This document shows, piece after piece, positions 29,501 through 40,342 of a DNA stretch of 64,000 nt. The notes beneath the pieces were generated by a model, which saw only the letters and a program-made list of their open reading frames with translations, was not told the origin of the DNA and did no database searches. Made by a program: the position numbers and the translations under genes. Source of the DNA: Balanoglossus misakiensis (lineage: Eukaryota > Animalia > Hemichordata); contig CM082592.2 in assembly GCA_040954595.2 (NCBI GenBank), positions 9,969,677 to 10,033,676 of the forward strand. Reading direction: 5' to 3'. Position 1 is the stretch's first letter. Each line of letters starts with the position of its first letter.

Positions 29501-32500
29501 TGCTAGGACAGCAGCCCCCACCTCAGGTATAAGTTCGCAACTAATCATTTACCATTTAAAATGATGTTCTCACTATGTGCAGGACTTGACTAGTTTGAAA
29601 TTTGGTTTATTTTGAATCCTGGTTTGTAAAGAATTGCTTAATTAATATTCTGCACAGTCTTTCAAAACATACTATCAGGCCTTGTTGGGTATAACTAAAA
29701 ACAAGTTATTCTGATCTGTTTTCAAATTTGTAAATCATATGTCTTCGTTCATTTAATCAAAATAAACTGGTATAAAAACTCAAGCTTTGTTAAGAAACTC
29801 CCATTTTTGACCTGCACATAATGACAGCACTCATTTGACTTGTGTCATCATGCGTTTCTATTTTTAAAAGAAACATCGAGAACCTTGGTGATTTCACACA
29901 ACTACAATTGATCACTTGGGGGTGATTTACACATCTGTAGGGGATTACTTTCTTATTGGAGTGATTACACAGCTTTACTCATGTTCATTGTGCGGATGTG
30001 TCAATAACACTTATAAATCACAAATTATTCTCTGGAGAAAAGAGTGGAAATTTGTTTACTGGGTTATGATATAAATGTGAAGATACTAGACTGATTTTTT
30101 GACATGAATATTGTAGTCTACTTCATTGCAGTTCAAATTACAGAACTCTTATACGAGACAATATGGCCGACAAATCACATTAGACGGGTCTGATAAATTA
30201 CTGTTGACACAACATGGCCCTCTGAGTAAGACAGTGTACTAACACTCCATAGAAAGAACCCCCTAGGTTTCTTTTCCTTCTCTCCCATCGATTGTCGATT
30301 TCTACTAACAACACTTGATTTGAATTGCATGCTGACTGACACATGGTAGCAGGTAGCATGAACACTGCAGCAGAGATGTGCATCTGGGAATTGGAAATGT
30401 CACATTTATATACAGGGTGACCTCACTAGATCACGGTCCTCATGTAGAATGTAGAAATTGGGTGCAGCTTTGGAAACCCTTTTCTATCTCTCTTTCCTTC
30501 CTTCCTTCCTTCATACGGAAAGCATGCCAGTTGCACAACAACTGTTAAAAACACAAGAATAGAAAACCCATCAAATGGTGATCATCACATGGACACATAG
30601 GTTTTTTTTTTTCTGGCTGAGCAACTAGTACCTGGTGATACACCCACCATATATGCACAAAAGCAAGGTCAAATGCATGCCAAGGTAGAGGGGATATAGG
30701 ATTTGGGCCACTCAGGACTGTCTAGAAAATACCATGAAAATTATATTTCATATATGAATACTGGTACTGCACTTTGATGGAAAACTTGATTAGATCCTGT
30801 TAATATGAGAGAGCAATAAAAAACCAACCGATAAAAAAATTATAAGAAAATAACCAAACAACGAGATCAAGTAGAGCAGCCTGTACTTCGTGTTGTGTAC
30901 AGACAGTCCATGGGTTAAGGCCTGGCTTTAAAATAAACCACTAAACAACTTTAATGTGCTCTGATCTAACAACTTATAGATGCACCGATTACCAGTGGCA
31001 TCTCCCAACTATGATCATGGATACTATGATCCAGGGATGGTAGCAATGCAGGTCTGTCTTTGTCTAACATCTCATTTTAACCCTACTATCTATTTATTTT
31101 TATCCTCAAATTATTTCATTTAGTTGTCTCATAGTTTATTTCTGTTTGTATTTGATTCCATCCCGATTAATTTTCCTTGCTGCAGTATTATTTGTTCAGA
31201 TTTAATACCTGGTTGTGTTTATTGTTTATTTTGTCTTCAATTGTGTTGTTTGCCTTAACAGTCAATTTTTGTTGTAGCTACCGAAGCTTGCTGATATAAA
31301 AGATAATCATATAATTTACTATAAATTTATTTTATCATTTGCACCCTGTCCCCTTGGTAACCTATGACAAGACACAAATGACAAATTGAAACTAAAACTA
31401 GTCTATCAACTGAAGTTTTTCTGCCTGCAGCTAGTGTCAGATTTAAGTGCTATCTGACTGTTAAGTCAGTCTGAATCAGCCCTTTGCATTGAAGCACCCT
31501 CGGAGTAATTGCTGTAATGGGATCTCTGTCTTTCTCCAGCTTTTCAAGAACTCTCTGATGGGTGCAAGTGGCAATTTCAAATTACTGGTTATTCTTAGTA
31601 CCATGTCCATGGTATATCTGTTACAGTCATGACCCTTGGCGTCTCGATGACGTTAAATTTATCTGAACCGTCTACTGTCAATAGCGGCTCACTTCCATGT
31701 TGATGTTTTATTTTCTGTCATGTTACTAATAAAAGCTTTGGAAAAATCCATTACAACTTATATCACTTGCACTTGTTGATGGTATGTATGATGTACTGGG
31801 TAGATTGTGTCATGAGTTCAGACCTAAACAGGAAATTGAATCATGAAGCTTCTTTTCAAGACACAGATGGAGATAACAGAAGCTGTGAACACACGTACCA
31901 CCCTATTTCAAAGAACAAACAGTTTTTATAGCCCTTATGCAAGCTGGCTAAAAGTACTGTGCAGTCTTTTTAACCCAGTATACAATTGTGATCACATAAA
32001 ATGTTAGTTGACTTGTTCTGTCATTGAAATGTTTCATTTCCTCATCACATGCTTTCCTGTTTTTGAATATTTGTGATATCTATGTTCCTTTTAATATTTC
32101 CCTTGCAGATGTTGGTGGAATTGTTGCTTTGTGCAAGCAAATCATCATTCATTTCTCTGTACACATTGCCTAGAGAAACTCCAGAATGTCAGTCAGGCCA
32201 CATTACTTCAACTCTGCTTTTCTTTCCTCACATACACAGGGCAATGTGACTGGACTGCATTTTTCATATGGCCACATATTAATTCCAATTTGTCTTCTAC
32301 TTTTTTTCGTGCTTTGCAGCAGCCAGCCGTCAGCCAAGCTGTTGTGCCACCAGTGATGTCAGTGATGTCCCAACAGAGATCTCCCGCACCTGGATCTCTG
32401 CAGCACCAACATCAACAACAGCAACCCCCTCCTCCACCACCTCACCCTCAAACAAACCAACAACAGCCCCCTCACAGGTGAGATGCAGTTTGTTGTTCAA

Positions 32501-35500
32501 GATGATATCAATCTTAAGTGTTAACTCACCATTCAACCTGTGTACCCCTCTGAGGGTACGCTGATCAACCAATCACACCAAAGGAAGATCAGATTACTTA
32601 ATGAGAACCATGACAAAGTTTGCAATTCAAACCTTTGCCAGATGAGAAACCTGTTTTGCCAGGTTGTATTTCCTCATTTCATCCATCCAATTGTTTCAGT
32701 TCTCAACCTATGGCATCACCAGCAAGTTACATGCAGCCTTCTCCAAGCCAACCACATAACATGTAAGTATATTCAAATAGGTAATCAGCTTGTGTATGGT
32801 AAAGGTATATAATGTGCTAATATAATGTACTACCACAACTAGGCTGTTATTATAAGATATGCAATAATAGTGTTTTAAGGATTAATTCTATAACTCAGTT
32901 CTGATTTTGAAAGTTCTATAATGCATTCTTTATTTTCCTTTTCCTCACATTTGCCGTCTTTGTTTTGTTTTATTTTCTTTTGATATTTCAGTTCCCAGCC
33001 ATTGGCATCACCAGCAAGTTACATGCAGCCATCACCTAGCCAACCGCATCACATGTTAGTAACAACTAATAATCACTTACAAAAATTCTAAAAAGTTATG
33101 AACCGGGATCGTAGCTGTAATTTTTTGTTCTGTGTATCAGTTGCTCTTGCTGTTCTGCCTAAGTACGCTGCAATTGACTTGCTGTACTAAAGACTAATGC
33201 TTCTTATATCAATTGACACCTAAACCAGAGACACATGCATGCATTACTTTACTCTGATATCAGGTCTCCGTATGCATGATTTCTTACCTATCGATATATG
33301 ATTGGAAAATGATCTTATTATACTTCAAAACTAGAGAGTGACTATGGTCACTGTATTTTGCTATTCTTGACCCATAATATCTATTCCACGGGCATCATGT
33401 GTTTATATTTTCAGTTCACAAGCAATGGCATCACCTGCTGGTTACATTCCACAGTCTTCTCCCAGCCAGCAGCCACACCATATGTTAGTAAACAAACACA
33501 TTTTAACAATTCACACATTATTTTACTTCAACCCTTGATTTGGTCTGATGTTAATTTTTCACTACGCTTAAGGTAAATGGCCACGCCTACTTAATATATA
33601 CCCATTTATGGTAGACCAATCACAGGCAACTTTGCTAGACAACGACTAAGTCAGTCCCATATTTATCACGCGAGAACATAACTGCCAAACAGTGGTCTCA
33701 TAAAGTTGTTTCTGATTGGTCAATATGAATGACATAACCAACGTATCAGATATGGCTTTGTGGGACACTGCACATCACACTCATATTCTGACAAATTCTG
33801 TCCAGTGAGTTTAATCACATTTTCTGTTTGCTTCTCTCCACAGTTCTCAGTCACTACAATCCCCAGCAAGCTATCTTCAACCCTCCCCATCACCCCAACC
33901 ACCCTCCCATGGCAGTAGCAGTGGAACAGGTCCTGGGGGTACCACCACAAGTGCTGTTCCATCACCCGCCCCAGGATCCTCTGCTCCCAGTTCAGTCAGA
34001 ACACCTGCTGCTGTACAGTCACCTGGGAGTGCTCTCAATACACCTGGTGAGTAAACCAATGGTGTGCAAGCATTGCAAACCATGCCTTGCGAGGAGTACT
34101 TATCCCTTAACCAATCCTACCGGGTAAATTCCTTCCTTTCTGAATGAAAAATATAATTCTCAACGCATGTACTGAAGTTTGATGTATTTTGATACAAATA
34201 TCAATTTGTGGGAACATCTGAAAGACAGCACAACCAATACATGACATCAGTCGATTCTAGGACAGTTAACCCCTGGACACTTACCCTAACCTTATCCCTA
34301 ACCCTGGCACTAACTGATGGGTTGGAACTGTCCAGTGGGCAAACTATCTTTATTACCCATTATATCTTTGAGTTTTTGTCAGTGCTGTTGATTTTAATGC
34401 TGCACACGTAATAATGTTATGCTGTCACATTCCATGCAGGTCTGTCAAGCTTAATATTTTCATGTAAGTTTGTTGCTATGCTTACGTCGCCAGGATTATT
34501 TTCTAGTCTTTAATATTTTATTAAATTAAACCTAATATTTAACTTTCAATTGTGTTGCTTGAATTGCCCAGCGTGTGGGACTGATAACTGTCTTTTTATT
34601 TTGTGTTTAAATATTACTTCGTTGCGTTAAAATGTTGCATGTTTTCTAGTGTCATCACCAGTGCCTTCCTCCATTGGGTTGTTGCCAAGCAACCATCACA
34701 TTCCCACTCCAGTATAACTTTCTTTCTGCTAATTCACTGTATGCTGTTACTTTCTGTCACTTTTAATTTAATAGGCTTTGACTAGACAGTGTCTAGTGAC
34801 CCAGGGACTGAGATTTACTCATGCATAATTTCAGTCATGTATCAAAACAGAAACATTTTGCAAGCATTTCTCATTTCACACGGTGTTTGGTATCTAATTC
34901 CTTTTCCAATCACATTTTGGCATCAGATAAATGTCATGCTGTATCTGATACCTTCAATCCATTTTTGCATGTCTGTCTCGATATACATTATTTAAGATTA
35001 AGTAATTCTGATGAAATTTCTTTCTAAGGGACTCCTGGGGTATATGTTGATGTTTTACATTGCATGTTTTCTTAACAAGTAAAATAGGAACAGAAAAAAA
35101 AAACTTACCTTCTAATCTCATCACTTAGTCTTGCTGATTCTTAAACTTGACCTGCACATCCACATGATTACTCTTGTCATACTTGTTTGGGTGGTCTGAG
35201 GAAAAAAGAGATGTATTAAAACTTAGCATTTAACTTCCTCTATTGTCTGTTATCACTTTTCCACTGAATGAATAATTAAATTGGGTTTATTATTTTGCTT
35301 TATAAGGTGAGTGGCAGCTGAGAGCAGTCTGCAATTCATTATGATGGAATCATTTTCTCGTGCTATTTGATATGCTGAGCTGCCAGATTGAATATTGACT
35401 GATACCTTGTTGTTGTGTTCATACACAGGGAATCCTAGTTCTGTTGGTGCAGCTCCAAGTCCAAGCCAAGTTACAGGTAGAAATCCTGCTGATGATCAGG

Positions 35501-37030
35501 CCTACATCGAGAAATGGAAACAGTTGTCAAAGTACATTGAACCACTGACAAGAATGATCAACAAAGTCAAGAAAGATGAAGGTTAGCATTGAAGTCTCCT
35601 GAACATTGGGCAATTTATACCACGGGTGGTATATTGGGGCGAAGATAAATATGGTGAAAACACATGAGTTGTGATATGTCATATTGGACTGATATCTTCA
35701 GGATAAATGTAACGTGTTTTAATCCATTTTTGATGTTCTGATTTGATTCCAAAGATCGAAAGAATGAACTGAATAAAATGAAGAATCTGCTTGATATTTT
35801 ACAAGACCCAAACAGAAGAATGCCAATACATACATTATTGAAATGTGAACAAGTTCTGGAGAAGTTAGAGTTACAGATCAGACCAGTAAGTAATCTGAGC
35901 TGAAACTGAGTTTTACTTTTCTATGTTCATGTACAGGGTATTGAGTGGCTAATATTTGTTTCTACTTTTTTCAGTCAACAACTTCGACAACCGCTACGAC
36001 TACAACCACTACACTTGTCACAGAAAAACAACCCAAACAACAACAACAGCAGCATATTTGTCAACCTCTGCTTGATGCCATTCTTCAACACATCAACTCG
36101 CCCATGTTGAACCACACGTTACAGAGAACATTTGGACCAGCCATGCAAGCCATACATGGAACTCCTATCAGGTCAGTCATTACAATGTTCAATGTTCTCG
36201 GATGACCTATGACATCATTCTGAAGATTTCTTCTAAGCCAAATTCGAAGAGTTTTAATCAAGTAAAATGTCATTTCAAACTTTGCAGCACCACAAGCGAC
36301 ATCTACTGACATTCTCTTGTGTTTTATCTCTCTTTCCAGTTACACTCCACCTGCTAAAAGATTGAAAGTGGAAAAAGAAGAATCCAGCATCCCTCACTTA
36401 GTGCAGGGAGAAGTGGCTAGACTCAACTATAAATTTAAAGTCAATCTCGACCCAGCCCACCACACAGGCAGCAAAGCAATTCACTTGATCTGTAAACTTG
36501 GTGAGTATTAAGTTTGATATTGAGGACGTATCATTATGATGCATTACATGTCAATTTCTATTTTACCCGATTTTTGTCGTTATTTTACAGATGACAAATA
36601 TTTACCAAGTGTGCCACCAATCAGCATTACCCTGCCAGAGAATTACCCACAATCCAGTCCACAGTGTGAACCTAACTCTCCTGAATATGGTAAGTCCAAA
36701 ACACTAAGCTATTACAGTCATTCTGACATGTACCAACTTTTCACCTGGAAATGCTTTGCTCAAAATTGTTCATAGTGATGTACAGTACGATTGCATATAG
36801 CTTGGTAAACATTCTCAACACTTATATCGGGGATCATAGGTTTTACAAGTTTGGACTTCTGATCTGTTTATGATTAAACTTATGTGTTGATAATTACAGG
36901 TGCTACACCTTTCCTGCAATCAGTACAGAGGACGTTGACTTCACAGTTACTGAGAATGCCCGACAGATACTCGTTGTCTCAAGTGTTGGACGCCTGGGAG
37001 ATGAGTGTCAGACAAGCCTGTGCTTCATAA
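2548..37030 (+). CDS. MED15: Mediator of RNA polymerase II transcription subunit 15, 18 coding exons, ~719 aa
   Basis: Exons 2548-2600, 3347-3434, 7464-7515, 24192-24257, 27118-27324, 29124-29257, 29395-29526, 32320-32477, 32700-32762, 32992-33054, 33415-33483, 33844-34046, 35429-35581, 35755-35885, 35975-36171, 36340-36500, 36591-36689, 36900-37030 (2160 nt, open frame). KIX domain WRTAAFRQKVMAQIEDAVR...EMENHVFQKAKTREEYLALVARLILHVRD; DPMSALQGLT; Q/P-rich middle; C-terminal KQLSKYIEPLTRMINK, KMKNLLDILQDP, LNHTLQRTFGPAM, VQGEVARL, HLICKLDDKYLPSVPP, PFLQSVQR...WEMSVRQAC. Confidence 0.95.
2783..2962. repeat. (TA)n / AT-rich low-complexity tract in MED15 intron 1
   Basis: Runs of tatata and tatagta units with almost no G/C. 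Confidence 0.85.
5994..6007. promoter_or_regulatory. Palindromic CRE/ATF-type site (GAATGACGTCATTC) in MED15 intron 2
   Basis: 14-bp perfect palindrome containing TGACGTCA in a locally CpG-retaining patch; function unproven. Confidence 0.3.
10965..11013 (-). repeat. Fragment of a short dispersed repeat (same family as 19037-19121)
   Basis: ggtccaactttaccatagaaaacaatggatttgg is the reverse complement of the core at ~19060-19093 and ~22044-22076. Confidence 0.7.
13298..13316 (+). CDS. MED15: Candidate alternative first coding exon of MED15 (MFYPYY-), giving a KIX-less isoform
   Basis: caaccATG TTT TAT CCG TAT TAC T|gtaagt: good Kozak context, perfect donor, phase 1 matching exon 24192. CCAAT (ATTGG) boxes at 12517, 12543, 12881 and a TATA-like run at 12993 lie upstream. 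Confidence 0.4.
15358..15562. repeat. Degenerate minisatellite (tgtccct/tgtcctcatgat-like units)
   Basis: Recurrent tgtccctaactgtcct and gtcctcat(gat) units. Confidence 0.5.
19037..19121. mobile_element. Tiny TTAA-flanked non-autonomous DNA element (piggyBac-like MITE)
   Basis: TTAA at 19033-19036 and 19122-19125; degenerate TIRs cgctttcacc / ggtgaaaggc; internal core repeated at 10965 and 22036. Confidence 0.55.
22036..22096 (+). repeat. Fragment of a short dispersed repeat (same family as 19037-19121)
   Basis: ggtttggtccaaatccattgttttctatggtaaagttggac is nearly identical to 19052-19092. Confidence 0.7.
27999..28608. mobile_element. Kolobok/T2-type MITE (~610 bp) with ~240-bp terminal inverted repeats and TTAA target-site duplication
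   Basis: TTAA (27995-27998) AGGGGAAATCCGCTGTAGC...GCTACAGCGGATTTCCCCT TTAA (28609-28612). Arms are nearly identical except a few substitutions and a 9-bp indel. TTAA plus AGG termini is characteristic of Kolobok/T2-MITEs. No transposase ORF. Confidence 0.88.
32700..33483 (+). repeat. MED15: Three tandemly duplicated MED15 microexons (63, 63, 69 nt; SQPMASPASYMQPSPSQPH repeat)
   Basis: Exons 32700-32762, 32992-33054 and 33415-33483 share tggcatcacc...gttacat...agcca and are all phase 2-2; a fourth unit starts exon 33844. Confidence 0.85.
34283..34305. repeat. Short degenerate (TAACCC)n telomere-like tract
   Basis: accctaaccttatccctaaccct. Confidence 0.4.
34650..34717 (+). CDS. MED15: Candidate alternative terminal or poison exon of MED15 (VSSPVPSSIGLLPSNHHIPTPV*)
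   Basis: ttttctag acceptor in phase 1, matching the donor at 34046; SP/TP-rich peptide like the flanking exons; in-frame TAA at 34715-34717. Confidence 0.3.
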
Positions 37031-37936
37031 TGAAATCTCGTCACTGCTTTCCAAGGGCTGAAGAAACTTAACCATGGCCATATGGCTGTGTATTGTCAAA
37101 CTGCCAGCTATACAGACTCTTGTCCTTCCAGAACTACCATGATAGTCAAATGTGCTACAGTACAATGCTGGCCAAGTAATAAGGCCATGCCAGAAATGCA
37201 GGAACTTGGGACGATTGTTTTCCCCTCACTAGTTATGTTCACAAGCAGGATGTGAAACAACTGAACTGTGCCAAATTACACAGGACTTTGATGCAATGAA
37301 AACGGTTTGAACTACTCAGAAGAATTGTTTCAGAAAGGAACGCTGTCTGCTTTTCCCATTCAAGACAAAAATGAATTACCATTTGACAAAATAATCAGAA
37401 TAAGTTCAAGATGTTGGTTTTCGAATGAAGACATTTCTGTAGGTGTTTTGTAAAATCATCACTTGCATCAATGCACTAGCCTGTGTGTGCAGCTTTCTTC
37501 CACATGAATCCAACAGAAATTTTTGTGTGTAAATCTGTTTTGTTGTACACTTGAAATTATTAATTTATTTCTGTGCAAAAAAATGATGTTATGAAGAGTT
37601 TGACAGCAAGCAAGAGGTTCCAGATAGTTTATCATATGAGTATTGTATTCTGACATTCAGCTAATCCTCTGAAGCTGTAAAACAATTGTATTCTCTCAAT
37701 TTCTACTTTCATGTTTTGTCAATTTTTTGTTTGTACCAGAAATATTTCACTTTTCTTGGTTGTCAGCCAACAGGACCCTAACATAAGAAATTAAATTTAT
37801 AAGAAAGTGGCCAATTTCAGCCAGTTTTGTGTTTTTCTTTGGTTTTTGTACGAAAGCAAACTGTGGAAACAGAAATTTGTAAATAGAGATGCGGATATTT
37901 TTGAAGGAAGTGTATTTGTAAAGACTGGAATACAGA

Positions 37937-37942
37937 AATAAA
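37937..37942 (+). terminator. Probable MED15 polyadenylation signal
   Basis: AATAAA ~900 nt after the stop, followed by a GT/T-rich element (gggtttggttgtttcttcttt). Confidence 0.6.
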
Positions 37943-38530
37943 ATATTCATGTCATATTTGAAAACTTACGGGTTTGGTTGTTTCTTCTTTCACCGTGATG
38001 CCAGCAACTTTTGGTTCGCCATGGTTAGTCTTGAAAAGCGTGACAGAATTGCAATCACGTTCTGGTCTCTGTCTTGTCTTATTCTTCTGACTGTTTTCAG
38101 GAAGTAAAGAGAAAAAAGCTGAAATTGCTTGTGTTGTTTTAAATCAGATATAGAAAACCAGGTGACAATTCATCTATTTTTGTGTGGAAATGGCGTTGGG
38201 TAGGTTATGTGTTGATGGATGTCTGTCTTTTTCAATATGATATCTCAAGAGGGGTCTAATAAAGGGATATTTCCTAACATTGAAAAATTACACAAGTATA
38301 TTCATATGTGCATATAACATGTATAAAGCCAACTACATGTATATTACATGTACATGTACATGAAACTGTTGAGGGCGCTGTTTAACAAGTGTTTCTATCC
38401 CCAGCCCCTTCTACAGAGCACATGATATTTTTGAACTCTTTAAAAAATCTTGTTCTAATAACATGGTTCATATATTTTTGTTCTACAATACAACCTGTGT
38501 AAACCGGGCACCAAAGGGACTGAAAGGGTT

Positions 38531-38890
38531 CACGAAAAAGGTTAATTGCTTACATTTGGGCCATCACTTTTCGTCGAAACGCTGCTGCATGCACGCCACT
38601 TCCGCCATGTTCGCTTTCCTGGTTAGCAGACAACGTCTACTGCGCAGGACAGTTTAAAAACCACAATAAAAACGCTTTTCTAGTCCTTTCATAAACATAT
38701 GTGCTTTATTTCGATAATAAAAAACAGTTTATTAAAGTACACAAATTGTTGAAGCTTTTTGTGAAAGTCGCCAGATCTTATTTTACGGCAACCGCGCCTC
38801 GTTTTCAATCCAAGATGTCAGCGCCCTTCGGGCCCGGGAACTTGGGAAGTTAGGGGAAAAAAAAAAAAACACGGAACGGGCTAGCTGCGA
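38531..38890 (-). pseudogene. Inverted duplicate of the CYB5D2/MED15 bidirectional promoter with a frameshifted MED15 exon 1 and intact splice donor
   Basis: Reverse complement of 38781-38830 matches 2282-2331 (47/50). Reverse complement of 38531-38650 matches 2506-2622, including the ATG (38608) and the gtaagcaattaacc donor. 38871-38890 weakly matches the reverse complement of 2108-2128. The exon copy has a 2-nt deletion and a 4-nt insertion and reads MAEVACMQQRFDEK*. Confidence 0.9.
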
Positions 38891-39488
38891 TGATTGTGGC
38901 GCTATCGGGTGCCGCTAGGTTAACACACCAGTCAACCAAGCAGCATCCGCTACCACAGGCATCGGAATCGCACTGCCCGGTAGCCTGTGGCAGAGAATCT
39001 GCATGGATGGATGGATGGATACTGAAATGCATACACACACCGACTGCACTAAATTTATCACGTGATCATACGGCTGGGGCGGACCATTTAATATTGGGGG
39101 GAGGGGTATAAGACCAGCATATTTTTGCCCATCCTTTACGCCGATGATTTTTCATATCCATAAAATGTGGCAATTGTTTACACACAATTTTTTAAAACTG
39201 CCCATTTGTATAGAACTTGAGTGTTATATTAAACCCAAGCCGTCTCTTCAGACCAGTTCCATCCCTTTCGGACCAGTATAGTACACGCATGCATCTTTCA
39301 CAAAAAATTATTCCATACTCGTTGCTAGAGGGCGCTCTCCAACAAAAAAACGCAGTGTATGGAAATGCAAGAATCTTGGATATTATATATTTTTCCTCAT
39401 TTCTGTGTGTATGTTGGTTCAAGAAACAGAATAAAAGCGTCTGCAATGGTAAAATAAAAATCTGAGACAGCCATGTTGATATTTTATC

Positions 39489-39494
39489 TTTATT
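39489..39494 (-). terminator. Probable polyadenylation signal of the TP53I13-like gene
   Basis: AATAAA on the minus strand ~850 nt past the stop at 40343. Confidence 0.4.
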
Positions 39495-39890
39495 CGAAGC
39501 AAATGAAAGTGTTTCTACAAGGTTCGGATACTAAGCAATCAAGTTTTTTTAGAGACATTGAACTTTAAAATTAATTCCTCAATTTGGCACTGCACAGGTA
39601 AGCTGCATACCTGGACATGTGCAGCGTCACAAAGCAAACTACAACCACACAGTTTAATAAAGGTGTAAAGCACAGAAAAGAAACACAGTGTGATATGAAT
39701 AACAACATGAACCTGTTGACTAAAATAAACTTCATGTCATGCATGAGTTCCAAAAGTCTTTTGACCAAATTTGAAGACATTTGATATGTGTGTAAGAGTA
39801 CTGTATGAGAGACAACTGTGTGAAATGACCGTTGTAAATACATTAATTTGTTGATAGGTTTCATGGTAAAAACATGTAATTTTAATACCA

Positions 39891-39960
39891 ATATGTAAGA
39901 ATTGGTAAAGTGATGACAAAATATATGATATGTAAGAATTGGTAAAGTTATGGCAAAAAT
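39891..39960. repeat. Two-copy ~38-bp tandem duplication
   Basis: atatgtaagaattggtaaagt occurs at 39891 and 39929. Confidence 0.6.
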
Positions 39961-40342
39961 TACAACCAACAGTTCTGTAACAGCCAGAACACAATTGTGA
40001 CCGTGGTCCAACTCTTAATTCAGATGTCAACAACAATTTGTTAGTAAACAAACAGACTGTATGGACAAGATGTCCATGAATATGAATACATGATCTATAT
40101 GGTAAAGCAATAAATACATTGCATTCAAAAAAATTCAATCACATAATCTTTGCTTCTTAATGACAATCTTCAAACAATCTCTTGACGAACAAACTGTTCA
40201 TTAGAGTAAGTGTCCAGGGTGTGAACAGAACTGTGCACTGTATAAAATAAATACCAAAGTTTACAGCAGCTACCCCTTCAAATAGTAGTGTGGCCCATAA
40301 AATATAACACTGAAATGTGCTTTTTGATATGATTTACATGTA

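Noticed and set aside
32109-32250. Strong acceptor-like site (cccttgcag) upstream of MED15 exon 8
   Set aside because: Downstream reading gives non-MED15-like sequence ending in a stop and I see no good donor; unsupported.
33602-33611. CArG box CCATTTATGG (also CCTATATAGG at ~57640)
   Set aside because: Isolated matches are expected by chance in AT-rich DNA.
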